The notes under the pieces are model-generated. The model was not told the origin of the DNA and did not search any database. It worked only from the letters and a program-made list of their open reading frames with translations. The position numbers and the translations under genes are program-made. This document shows, piece after piece, positions 8,555-16,226 of a stretch of 32,000 bases of DNA. Within the stretch, counting starts at the first letter, position 1. Every line of letters begins with the position of its first letter. The DNA comes from Candidatus Saccharimonadota bacterium. GTDB taxonomy: Bacteria > Patescibacteriota > Patescibacteriia > 2-12-FULL-60-25. The stretch spans positions 810,001 to 842,000 of the forward strand of contig CP064964.1 of the NCBI GenBank assembly GCA_016699205.1. The letters are read 5' to 3'.

Positions 8555-9512
8555 TTATTTGCGCCGCTTGGTCCCAACCATTGATTCCTGTTTTGGTTCG
8601 ATGCGATAAAGGATGATTCAGAATTGTGTGCACCGCTTCAATCCATTGTTGCGGTTTTGATGGTGAGGCAAATATCGTTCCTTCGGGCGCGGTTTCCGGA
8701 AGAGCGCCCGCGGTTGAGGCGATGCAAGGGGTGCCGTGACGTGCCGCTTCATGAAGCGGAAGACCAAAGCCTTCATACCAGCTTGGATAGAGGAAGGCGG
8801 TTGCTTGTGCGTAGAGCTGATCGAGTTCTTCGTCGCTTACGCGTATAGGCGAGTCGCCGATGAGTTTGAGCTCGAGCCCTGTTTCTTTTGCGACTGTTCT
8901 CGACAGAGCGGCGTTTTTTCGCGGATCATTTGCTCCGAGTGCAAGCAAGAATTTTCTTTGAATGAATGAAGGGGAAGTCGGAGGCTGGAATGTCGAGTCG
9001 AGACCGAGCGGAATAACGACGATGTGGTCGGCGGGGATACGAAGAAGCCGTACGAGATCTCGCTTTGTACATTCGGAAACAGCAAAGATGATACGCGCGT
9101 TTTTTATTTGGTGTACGGCGCCGATCATCTGATGCCAGAGACGGGATTTCCACGAGAACCAGCGAGGTTCTATTAAAAACGATAGATCGTGAACAACGAG
9201 AGCGTATGGGGTTTTTGGCGTGCCTAACCAGCCGATATTTGGAAGAAATAAAAGATCGCTTTTCTTTTTGAAGAGGCGATCAAAACTGGTGAGATGTAGC
9301 CAGATTACTAATGAAAGTAGTTTGTTGGGGAGCTGAATATGCTCATCGGAAATCGGTGGTCTTGTTGCGCCAGATGTTGCAACCGTAATCGCGGCACCTT
9401 GTTTACGCAGAGCTTCTAGAAGTCCAGTGGCAACGCGTTTTACTCCGCCGGAATTTGGGTCGGCGAGCGAGCGGCCGTCAAACAGGATGTTCATACCGCG
9501 CGCGAGGCCCAC
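8508..9512 (-). CDS. glycosyltransferase, GT4 family (Glycos_transf_1)
   Basis: C-terminal signature ...FLYPSWYEGFGLPLHEAARHGTPCIAS..., i.e. EX7E-type GT-B. Confidence 0.9.
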   Translation of the reverse strand: MGLARGMNILFDGRSLADPNSGGVKRVATGLLEALRKQGAAITVATSGATRPPISDEHIQLPNKLLSLVIWLHLTSFDRLFKKKSDLLFLPNIGWLGTPKTPYALVVHDLSFLIEPRWFSWKSRLWHQMIGAVHQIKNARIIFAVSECTKRDLVRLLRIPADHIVVIPLGLDSTFQPPTSPSFIQRKFLLALGANDPRKNAALSRTVAKETGLELKLIGDSPIRVSDEELDQLYAQATAFLYPSWYEGFGLPLHEAARHGTPCIASTAGALPETAPEGTIFASPSKPQQWIEAVHTILNHPLSHRTKTGINGWDQAAQIIIHHLARLPNPPHQI

Positions 9513-10636
9513 GCTGTGCTGAGACGTTCTTTGAGACGTTTTTGAAAAGCCGCTTTTCCAAATGTTTCTGCGTGAGCGCGGATTTTTCTCGGATCGTAGC
9601 GCGAGGGGTCAAAACGAATGGCGGCGTTACCGATGTCTTCCCATGTCTGCATTTCAAAAAATGTTCCGGTAACTCCATCCATCACGGTTTCTGCGGCGCC
9701 GCCTTGTCCAAAGGCGATGATAGGGCGACCGGCCGCCATGGCTTCTACAGCGGTGATGCCAAAGTCTTCAATTTGCGGATGGAGGAAAGCAACGGCTTCA
9801 CGGAAGAGTTGGATCTTGGCTTCATCGGTGATGTGGCCGAGGAATTCTGTTTTGGAGCCAGCCATTCTGCGGAGCTTGTCCATTTCCGGACCTACGCCAA
9901 AAATTTTCAGCGGAAGATTGAGTTTGGCAAAAGCGCGTACGACAAGATCAAAACGTTTGTATGCGACAAGACGTCCGCCAGTGAGCCAGTAGGTTCCAGG
10001 TTTGGTGGAAAGAGGGATGCGGTCGACGTCGACCGGCGGAGCCATAACCTCTGACTCACGCGAGTAGAATCGGCGGATACGCATCTGTGATGTGCGGCTA
10101 TTGGTAAGCAATAGATCCGGTCGCATCGCTGCGAGTTGGTCCCATTGTCGCAAGTGATGGAGATAGGCGGGGAGTAAGCGCTTGATGAGACGCGGCTGGG
10201 GGATGTCGTTTACATATCCTAAACGCTCCTGCCAGAGGAAGCGTGTCGGCGTGTGGAGATAGCAGACGTGGAGGGACTCCGGTGTCGCGATGATGCCTTT
10301 AGCAAAATTTGATGAAGAAGAAAGGACGAGGTCGTAACCAGAAAGATCGATGGACTCTACCGCCTCGGGCATGAGCGGCAGGTACCACTGATAGTGGCGG
10401 CGGGCGAATGGAAGTTTGTTGAGTTTACTTGGACGGATATCGGCATGCTTGAAACCCACATGTGTGCGCTCCGGATCGTGAAACAGGGTAAAGATTGGGG
10501 CACGAGAGAACAATTCATGGAAAGCGAGGAGTACGCGTTCTGCTCCGCCGTCTTGCACGAGATAGTCATGGACGAGCGCAATGCGGCGCGGTTCATTCCG
10601 CGCTTCCATGCGAATCGGCTCCGGGACCACAGTCAT
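9491..10636 (-). CDS. glycosyltransferase, GT4 family
   Basis: Motif ...FLHPQIEDFGITAVEAMAAGRPIIAFGQGGAAETV... It overlaps the downstream GT by 22 nt, suggesting an operon. Confidence 0.9.
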   Translation of the reverse strand: MTVVPEPIRMEARNEPRRIALVHDYLVQDGGAERVLLAFHELFSRAPIFTLFHDPERTHVGFKHADIRPSKLNKLPFARRHYQWYLPLMPEAVESIDLSGYDLVLSSSSNFAKGIIATPESLHVCYLHTPTRFLWQERLGYVNDIPQPRLIKRLLPAYLHHLRQWDQLAAMRPDLLLTNSRTSQMRIRRFYSRESEVMAPPVDVDRIPLSTKPGTYWLTGGRLVAYKRFDLVVRAFAKLNLPLKIFGVGPEMDKLRRMAGSKTEFLGHITDEAKIQLFREAVAFLHPQIEDFGITAVEAMAAGRPIIAFGQGGAAETVMDGVTGTFFEMQTWEDIGNAAIRFDPSRYDPRKIRAHAETFGKAAFQKRLKERLSTAWASRAV

Positions 10637-10688
10637 ATCAAAAGTGTAACCATGGAGCGCACGGCTGTCGCAGGATGTCCGTCAAGGG

Positions 10689-12134
10689 TTAATACGCGCC
10701 CTTTTTGTTGATAACCGCCATCGGTGTCTTGATCAGGATGTATAGGTCCAAAGCAGGGGACCAATTCTCGATATACCAAGCGTCTAGACGTACTTCATCT
10801 TCAAAGTCGAGGTCGGAGCGGCCGCTGATTTGGGCGAGACCGGTGATGCCTGGTTTGATCGCCAGAACACGGCGATGATGCGGGAGATAGTTTGCGACTT
10901 CACGCGGCTGATGCGGACGAGGACCGACCAAAGACATATCCCCCTTAAAAACGTTGATGAATTGCGGAAGTTCATCGATAGACCAGCGGCGGATAAAATG
11001 ACCGACCGGTGTGACGCGCGGATCATCGGCAATTTTGTAGACCGGACCTTCCTTGATGCTTTTCTCTTTAATCAATTCTTGTTCAATTTTGAGGGCGGCT
11101 TTTTGTTTCTTGAATTGCGGGCCGATTGAGTAGCGGCGCCACATCGATCGCAGCTTCATCAGACGGAAGAGATTGCCACGCTCGCCAACACGTTCATTGA
11201 GGAAAAAGACTGGCAAACCATCTTCAATCCAAAGCGCGATCGTGGAAAAGATGATGAGAGGGCTGGTGATCAAGATGAGGATTGATGAAGCAACGATATC
11301 AAATAATCGTTTGAAAATACGGCCCCAGCCATCGAGTTTGGTGCGTTTGACGCTGATGACAGGAACGCCGCCAAACGTATCCATCTCTACGTTGGTGAAG
11401 GTGGCTGAGAAGAGATCGGCTAAATAACGGAAGCCGAGATGGAATTCTTCTGCGAGGCCGATGAGCTCGAGCGCGTCTGTGCGGTTGAGTTCTGGTTCAG
11501 CCAAGAGCACGGTGTCGATTTTGTGTTTGGATGCCAAGTCGCGCAGGTCTTTTTTGGTCGCTTCATTCCAGGTTTTATATTGTTTGACGATGGTCCAGCC
11601 GAGTTCCGGATGCTGCTTGTAGAGCATGGCGATATCCATTGCTGCGCGCGAAGATCCGACGAGCGCGATTTGCTCATGGCCGATACGTCCGCGGAACAAG
11701 ATGCGTCGGAAGGCGCGTAAAGCGAGACGTGCGAGTGAAACATAGATAACGGCAAAACCAAAGACCGCAGCGATGACAAAACGTGAGGTATCAAGAGCAC
11801 GCGAGAAAAAGACGATAGCGATCAAGAGCATGATGCCGGCCAAGCAGGAGATGAATACACGGCCGAGCGTGTTCCAAGCGCGGCGCTGGCGCATGGAGTA
11901 CAGGCCGGCCATCGCAAAGAGCAGCATCCAGAGCAAGGCAAAGCCGGTGGCTGAGGCCAGATACTGCGGGAAAGGAATTTCTGTAATGATCGGACGGATA
12001 CCGATGAAGTATGGGGAGAAACGAAGTGCGTATGCAGAAACCGCCGCACCCAAGAGGGCGAGGAAGTCGAGCGGCAACAAAAGTGCTGCAAAGGCCAAGT
12101 CGAGGCGACGCATTATTCTTATTGTATCACGCAT
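10689..12134 (-). CDS. polyprenyl-phosphate glycosylphosphotransferase (bacterial sugar transferase, WbaP/CpsE-like)
   Basis: C-terminal Bac_transf motifs KRLFDIVASS..., DELPQFINVFKGDMSLVGPRP and GITGLAQISGR, preceded by four or more N-terminal TM helices. The start is set at ATG 12134 (MRDTIRIMRRLDL). ATG 12113 is an alternative. The upstream 240 codons of the 722-aa track ORF are Arg/Pro-rich nonsense. Confidence 0.9.
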   Translation of the reverse strand: MRDTIRIMRRLDLAFAALLLPLDFLALLGAAVSAYALRFSPYFIGIRPIITEIPFPQYLASATGFALLWMLLFAMAGLYSMRQRRAWNTLGRVFISCLAGIMLLIAIVFFSRALDTSRFVIAAVFGFAVIYVSLARLALRAFRRILFRGRIGHEQIALVGSSRAAMDIAMLYKQHPELGWTIVKQYKTWNEATKKDLRDLASKHKIDTVLLAEPELNRTDALELIGLAEEFHLGFRYLADLFSATFTNVEMDTFGGVPVISVKRTKLDGWGRIFKRLFDIVASSILILITSPLIIFSTIALWIEDGLPVFFLNERVGERGNLFRLMKLRSMWRRYSIGPQFKKQKAALKIEQELIKEKSIKEGPVYKIADDPRVTPVGHFIRRWSIDELPQFINVFKGDMSLVGPRPHQPREVANYLPHHRRVLAIKPGITGLAQISGRSDLDFEDEVRLDAWYIENWSPALDLYILIKTPMAVINKKGAY

Positions 12135-12150
12135 GACGCGTATAACTGCA

Positions 12151-12183
12151 GAACCCCTCCGCCCGAGATCGGGGGAGGGGTTC
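12151..12183 (-). terminator. strong GC hairpin between the 189-aa ORF and the sugar transferase, with no U-tract
   Basis: GAACCCCTCC (12151-12160) pairs with GGAGGGGTTC (12174-12183), and inner CCCGA pairs with TCGGG. On the minus strand TGCAGTTATAC follows, so it is not a canonical intrinsic terminator. Confidence 0.4.
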
Positions 12184-12187
12184 AGGG

Positions 12188-12757
12188 TCAGATGAGCCGG
12201 TTGCCTTGCAGCTGCGAACGGTAGAGCCGGACTTTCTGCTTGTGGGTCGCGTCGGGGTGGAAGTGGATCTCCTCGCCTCCGCCAAAGAAGTCGAGACGAT
12301 CCTCGACGCCCTCGTCGTATTTCAGGCTGCCGGGAAGTCCGCCGCGCGCGACCGGTGCCGGCTCGCTCCAGGCGGGGACATTGAAGAGACTGTACTTCCG
12401 CTTCTGCGCGATGTTGGCCTTCGTGCGCGCGAAGCCGTTCATGCGCGCGTTCTGAAGTGCGCGCAGGACGTCGGTGTAGACCAGGGCGTTCCGCGCGATG
12501 GCTTCCATGTCGAACGTCGAGATCACGTTCATCTTGAAGATGGGATGGGCTCGGCTGTCGGTGTAGACCAAGATGTCGACGTTCGAGCACTGCGCGGTGC
12601 CGGCGATGAGCTCCAGGTACTTCAAGCCGTCCTTCTTCAGGCCGCGTCGGACCAGTCCTTGGACTACGTGGAATTCCGATGTTTTGATCGATCGCTCGAA
12701 CATCTCGGTCATGCAGTCGATGAGAAAGAGCGTGAGGGTCTTGTCGTCGATTTCCAT
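12188..12757 (-). CDS. hypothetical protein, 189 aa, compositionally GC-rich
   Basis: ORF with GAGG eight nt upstream of the ATG. Codon third positions are overwhelmingly G/C in this frame, which supports it over the two overlapping frames. I recognise no family. Confidence 0.7.
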   Translation of the reverse strand: MEIDDKTLTLFLIDCMTEMFERSIKTSEFHVVQGLVRRGLKKDGLKYLELIAGTAQCSNVDILVYTDSRAHPIFKMNVISTFDMEAIARNALVYTDVLRALQNARMNGFARTKANIAQKRKYSLFNVPAWSEPAPVARGGLPGSLKYDEGVEDRLDFFGGGEEIHFHPDATHKQKVRLYRSQLQGNRLI

Positions 12758-12841
12758 CGAAATACCTCATGCCTTTCTTGGCATGGCGCGGCGATTTTGT
12801 CAACCGTTTCACGACGCAAGAAAACGTGGCATACTGCGCCC

Positions 12842-12958
12842 ATGGCCAAGCTTTCAACGCATCTGCGTGTTTATCTCGAGCATCTTGAAATTGAGAAAGG
12901 CCGATCGCCGTTGACGATTAGGAATTACGATTTTTATCTCCGTCGTTTTATCGATTAA
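12842..12958 (+). pseudogene. N-terminal 38 codons of the Xer-type recombinase, ended by an in-frame TAA
   Basis: MAKLSTHLRVYLEHLEIEKGRSPLTIRNYDFYLRRFID* matches the usual N-terminus of XerC/D core-binding domains. It is in the same frame as 12983-13798, separated by TAA plus 8 sense codons. Confidence 0.7.
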
Positions 12959-12982
12959 AAAAAGGATCCGGATACCGATACG

Positions 12983-13798
12983 GTGAATCAAGATTTGATT
13001 CATGAGTATCAACTGTTTCTGAATCGCTCCGCCGGCCGCGGGGAATCGGGGATGCGCAAGTCGACGCAGAATTATCATTTGATTGCGCTCCGATCGTTTT
13101 TGAAGTTTTTGAATAAGCGCGATATTGAAACGCTGTCTGCGGAAAAAATCGATTTAGCCAAACAAGGGAGCCGCGATGTTTCTTTTTTGGATGCCGGTGA
13201 TTTGCCGCGTTTGCTGGAAGCGCCAGATAAAACGGATGCACTGCCTATCGTGAAGGCGCACGACAAGGCGATTTTGGAATTATTTTTTTCAACCGGTATG
13301 CGCGTGTCTGAGCTCGCGAATCTTAAAATTAGCCAGATCAATTTGGATCGCGAGGAGTTCACGGTGCGCGGAAAGGGCGATAAAAATCGTATTGTGTTTT
13401 TATCGCAGCAGGCGAGATTTGCGCTCAAGAATTATCTTGGCATGAGAAAAGATGAGGCTCCTTATCTTTTTATCAGGCATGACCGCGCCAAGAGCGGCGT
13501 TAAAGAAATTGGTGCGCTGACGCCGAGGTCGATCGAGCGATTGGTGCATCATTATTCCGTGGTCGCCGGAATTCCGAAGCATGTTTCTCCGCACACATTG
13601 CGTCACTCGTTTGCAACGGATTTGCTGATGAACGGTGCGGATTTGCGCAGCGTGCAAACCATGCTCGGACATTCATCGATCACGACTACACAGATCTATA
13701 CGCATATCACCAACCAGCAGCTCAAAGACGTGCACAAAGCATTCCATGGGAAGCAGAGAGATGGAGATGATGGGGTTGAAAAGGAAGAGAAAACGTGA
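12983..13798 (+). CDS. xerC: tyrosine recombinase, XerC/XerD family (rest of the core-binding domain plus the catalytic domain)
   Basis: Motifs ...STQNYHLIALRSFLKFL..., GMRVSELANL, HTLRHSFATDLL and LGHSSITTTQIYTH give the R..HxxR..Y catalytic set. The track ORF starts at GTG 12983. Confidence 0.9.
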   Translation: MNQDLIHEYQLFLNRSAGRGESGMRKSTQNYHLIALRSFLKFLNKRDIETLSAEKIDLAKQGSRDVSFLDAGDLPRLLEAPDKTDALPIVKAHDKAILELFFSTGMRVSELANLKISQINLDREEFTVRGKGDKNRIVFLSQQARFALKNYLGMRKDEAPYLFIRHDRAKSGVKEIGALTPRSIERLVHHYSVVAGIPKHVSPHTLRHSFATDLLMNGADLRSVQTMLGHSSITTTQIYTHITNQQLKDVHKAFHGKQRDGDDGVEKEEKT

Positions 13799-13821
13799 TA
13801 GCTTCGCGGACGTTCCACTCA

Positions 13822-13897
13822 GCCCTTGTAGCTCAACGGATAGAGCGCCGGACTTCTAAGCCGTGATATGTTGGTTCGATTCCAACCGAGGGCACCA
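13822..13897 (+). tRNA. tRNA-Arg (anticodon TCT), CCA encoded
   Basis: Hand-folded cloverleaf: acceptor GCCCTTG/CGAGGGC, D stem GCTC/GAGC, T arm GTTGG-TTCGATT-CCAAC, anticodon loop CTTCTAA. The anticodon stem has only 3 Watson-Crick pairs. Confidence 0.85.
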
Positions 13898-13903
13898 TGC
13901 ATC

Positions 13904-13935
13904 AAACCCGCCAGATAGGCGGGTTTGTGCTTTTT
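13904..13935 (+). terminator. rho-independent terminator after tRNA-Arg
   Basis: AAACCCGCC (13904-13912) pairs with GGCGGGTTT (13918-13926), followed by GTGCTTTTT. Confidence 0.7.
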
Positions 13936-13960
13936 GGAGAAACTGCTAGGCTTTTTGCAT

Positions 13961-14716
13961 ATGCGCACACTTCTCTCGTTTTCCTTCCTGTTTTGGCCGC
14001 TTCTTATCCTTCTTCTTGTCTGTGTCCGTCAGGTTAACCAGTATGAGCGCGGCGTAAAGTTCATGTTTGGTAAATTTCACAAACTTGTAGAACCGGGCTG
14101 GCGTTTGGTGGTGCCTATTGTCCAGTCGATGACGAAGGTGGATGTTCGTACCAAAGCCGTTGAAGTTCCGTATCAGGATGCGATTACGCGCGACAACGTT
14201 TCTTGTAAGGTTAACGCTGTTGTTTACTATCGTGTTGTTGATGCCGGCCGCGCCGTTATCGTTGTCGAGAATTTTTGGAATGCGGTTTCGCAGCTTGCGC
14301 AGACAACGATGCGCAACGTTGTTGGTGAATTGACGCTCGATGAATTGCTTTCGGATCGCGATCAGGCCTCTGCACGTATCAAGGAGCTGGTTGCAACGCA
14401 TACAGCTGATTGGGGTATTGAGGTGCAGACGGTTGAATTGAAGGACATTTCTCTTCCGGAAGACATGCAGCGCACGATTGCCAAGCAGGCTGAGGCAGAG
14501 CGTGAGCGCCGTGCCGTTATCATCAATTCCGAAGGTGAAGTGATTGCAGCTGATAACTTAAAAAAGGCTGCCGAGATCCTGTCTTCAAATCCTGCCGCTC
14601 TTCATTTGCGCACGCTTAACTCGATCAATGATATTTCAAGCGATGCGAGCAACACGATCGTGTTCGCTGTACCGATGGAAGTATTGCGGGCTTTTGAAGC
14701 CGTAGCAAAGAAGTAA
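13961..14716 (+). CDS. SPFH/band-7 (stomatin/prohibitin-like) membrane protein
   Basis: N-terminal TM helix then VNQYERGVKFMFGKF...VDVRTKAVEVP.QDAITRDNV...VVYYRV...AEAERERRA. The start is set at ATG 13961. The track's TTG 13925 lies inside the tRNA terminator. Confidence 0.9.
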   Translation: MRTLLSFSFLFWPLLILLLVCVRQVNQYERGVKFMFGKFHKLVEPGWRLVVPIVQSMTKVDVRTKAVEVPYQDAITRDNVSCKVNAVVYYRVVDAGRAVIVVENFWNAVSQLAQTTMRNVVGELTLDELLSDRDQASARIKELVATHTADWGIEVQTVELKDISLPEDMQRTIAKQAEAERERRAVIINSEGEVIAADNLKKAAEILSSNPAALHLRTLNSINDISSDASNTIVFAVPMEVLRAFEAVAKK

Positions 14717-14720
14717 AAGA

Positions 14721-14753
14721 AAAAAACATCCCGCCGGAAGCGGGATGTTTTTT
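14721..14753. terminator. bidirectional terminator between convergent genes
   Basis: An A-run, then ACATCCCGC (14726-14734) pairing with GCGGGATGT (14740-14748), then a T-run. Confidence 0.8.
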
Positions 14754-15681
14754 ATTCGGAGGAATTTGCGAGCTCTGCTTCTGGGTTGTAGTCGCTTGTG
14801 AGATTGATCTCGCTACCGAAGCTGTAATTGGTGTAGAAGCTGTCGGAGATGTCGTCGATTTTTTTATTCCATTCATTTCCGTAGTAGGCTCGTGCGAGTT
14901 CTTCTGTTTTTATCCAGCGCAGCACGCCACCTCGAGCAACGGCATAGACTTTTGGATCGGTTGTAAATTTCACCATGCGGACACCAGCGCGGTAGAGGAC
15001 ATTGGCGCCGAGCTGGTAATTGCTCAGAGTCGCGAGAGGTACTTCCGTCACTGAATCAAAGTTTCCATACCAGGTGAAAAACACACGGCTATTTGGAAAT
15101 GCGTGACGTTTGCCATCCCTGCCGATGTAGTAGACCGCGCGGCAAGCGTGATCGATGCCTGCGCTTTCTGGGCAGATTGCTTTGAGCAGTTTGCCAGCGT
15201 CCGGTGAGATTGGAGGTTGAGCGATGATGGGGACGGCGACTGGAGCAGGTGCTGGGGTTGGGGCTGGAGTTGGACTAGGAGCGGGAGTTGGAGTTGGTGT
15301 TGGCGTTGGTGCCGGGGTTGGTGACGAGAGCGGTGGAGAGGTGATTGTGGCGCCGCTGACACTGATTGCGGTTGTGGCTCCGGCGCTCATGCCGCCATTT
15401 ACATCGCGGCAGAAGACGAACGCAATACGCGAGCCTCCGCTTGGAAACGTGTAGACGCGCGTCGCATTGCCGCCGCTTACGTTCATATCGCCAATTTCCG
15501 CTAAGTCGACCCAAAGCGAGCAGCGCTGTATTGCTGCGCTTGAGCTTACGGTCGCCGAGAGATTTACGGCCACGCCCGCTGATGCGGTGACTGGTGTTAC
15601 GGGGCCGATTACCGGTTTTGCAAAGACGATCATCGGAGCAAGAGCTGCGAGTATCGGGAGAGCGAGCAAAGAACGTTTCAT
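14752..15681 (-). CDS. secreted protein: signal peptide, beta-rich N-domain, Pro/Thr linker, conserved C-terminal domain of unknown function
   Basis: Signal peptide MKRSLLALPILAALAPMIVFA and linker SPTPAPTPTPTPTPAPSPTPAPTPAPAP. The C-terminal domain of about 147 aa is about two-thirds identical (hand alignment) to the C-terminus of 23248-24135. Confidence 0.8.
   Translation of the reverse strand: MKRSLLALPILAALAPMIVFAKPVIGPVTPVTASAGVAVNLSATVSSSAAIQRCSLWVDLAEIGDMNVSGGNATRVYTFPSGGSRIAFVFCRDVNGGMSAGATTAISVSGATITSPPLSSPTPAPTPTPTPTPAPSPTPAPTPAPAPVAVPIIAQPPISPDAGKLLKAICPESAGIDHACRAVYYIGRDGKRHAFPNSRVFFTWYGNFDSVTEVPLATLSNYQLGANVLYRAGVRMVKFTTDPKVYAVARGGVLRWIKTEELARAYYGNEWNKKIDDISDSFYTNYSFGSEINLTSDYNPEAELANSSE
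15208..15339 (-). repeat. low-complexity tract encoding a Pro/Thr/Ala linker
   Basis: Degenerate GGNGTT/GGNGCT hexamer-like repeats on the plus strand, translating to (T/A/S)P repeats on the minus strand. Confidence 0.6.
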
Positions 15682-15702
15682 AGAGTTATAGAATAACGAC
15701 TT

Positions 15703-16218
15703 CTAGATTTTACGGCTATCGTAGGCCCAGTGGAGGACGGCTTGTCGTTGGCGCGGACGGCATGCGGCGTCACCGACTCGGCAATTCTTTTTGATCTGCG
15801 TGATGTGGCGCGCGATGGCGCGCCAGCGGCGTATTTGGCGCTGGTCTTCTTTGGGCAGGCGTCGCCCCATGTAGTAACGGCAATACCATTGGAACCAGCC
15901 ACGTGGATCTTGATGATGTATCCAGCCCATGCGGCGCCAGACAGTAAGAGACTGGCTTGCATTTACCCCAAAGTAATTTATTTTGGGATCGTGCTTGTTT
16001 GGATTTAGCTCGGCTTTGTCGAACCAGCTTTTTGGAAATTCCTTGCGGCAGTCGGTCATGTATTTGCCGCCAAAAACACCGAGAGCAAGCATCTCCTTTG
16101 GTGTTAGTTCCGGTTTGAATGCGGGGTCAAAGTTTTTTCCTTCCGGTTCCACTAATTCGTATCGATAGTTTTTTTGCATCAAGTCGTTTACCACGACGAG
16201 TTTTGGTTTGCGACGCAT
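15703..16218 (-). CDS. conserved hypothetical protein, 171 aa, Trp/Arg/Tyr-rich
   Basis: ORF with a striking motif block: NYFGVNASQSL..W...GWIHHQDPRGWFQWYCRYYMGRRLPKEDQRQIRRW. No signal peptide. I cannot assign a family with confidence. Confidence 0.75.
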   Translation of the reverse strand: MRRKPKLVVVNDLMQKNYRYELVEPEGKNFDPAFKPELTPKEMLALGVFGGKYMTDCRKEFPKSWFDKAELNPNKHDPKINYFGVNASQSLTVWRRMGWIHHQDPRGWFQWYCRYYMGRRLPKEDQRQIRRWRAIARHITQIKKNCRVGDAACRPRQRQAVLHWAYDSRKI

Positions 16219-16226
16219 AGCGCCGA

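Noticed and set aside
12188-12757. Tentative family guesses for the 189-aa protein (isochorismatase-like LFLIDCMTEMF / KRKYSLF, RecA-like Walker B, CYTH EIDDK)
   Set aside because: Each resemblance covers only one short motif. The remaining diagnostic residues are absent: there is no catalytic Cys context, no Walker A, and no CYTH core. No assignment is made.
12206-12841. Upstream 212 codons of the 250-aa plus-strand ORF that flows in-frame into the Xer N-terminus
   Set aside because: It is antisense to the 189-aa gene, and its open frame is explained by the high GC of that segment. Xer homology starts only at MAKLSTHL (12842).
12135-12857. N-terminal 240-codon extension of the 722-aa sugar-transferase ORF
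   Set aside because: The translation is Arg/Pro/His-rich nonsense (RRHRAVLERRHLGLHRQPSPSH...). It reads through the GC-rich 189-aa gene in another frame and crosses a strong hairpin. The recognisable membrane-anchored sugar transferase begins at MRDTIRIMRRLDL (12134).
8508-13798. Alternative genetic code (UGA or UAA reassignment) as an explanation for the in-frame stop in the Xer gene
   Set aside because: TGA ends the GT4 gene, the 189-aa and 103-aa ORFs and the Xer gene itself. TAA ends ftsH and the S1 gene at ordinary-looking C-termini. No other in-frame stops are seen in conserved genes in the window.
12188-13935. Integrase plus tRNA interpreted as a tRNA-integrated genomic island
   Set aside because: The recombinase lies 5' of the tRNA-Arg in the same orientation. 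Islands usually insert at the tRNA 3' end, with the integrase downstream. I found no direct repeat of the tRNA 3' end, and the protein looks like a housekeeping XerC/D rather than a phage integrase. Only the single GC-rich gene is compositionally odd.
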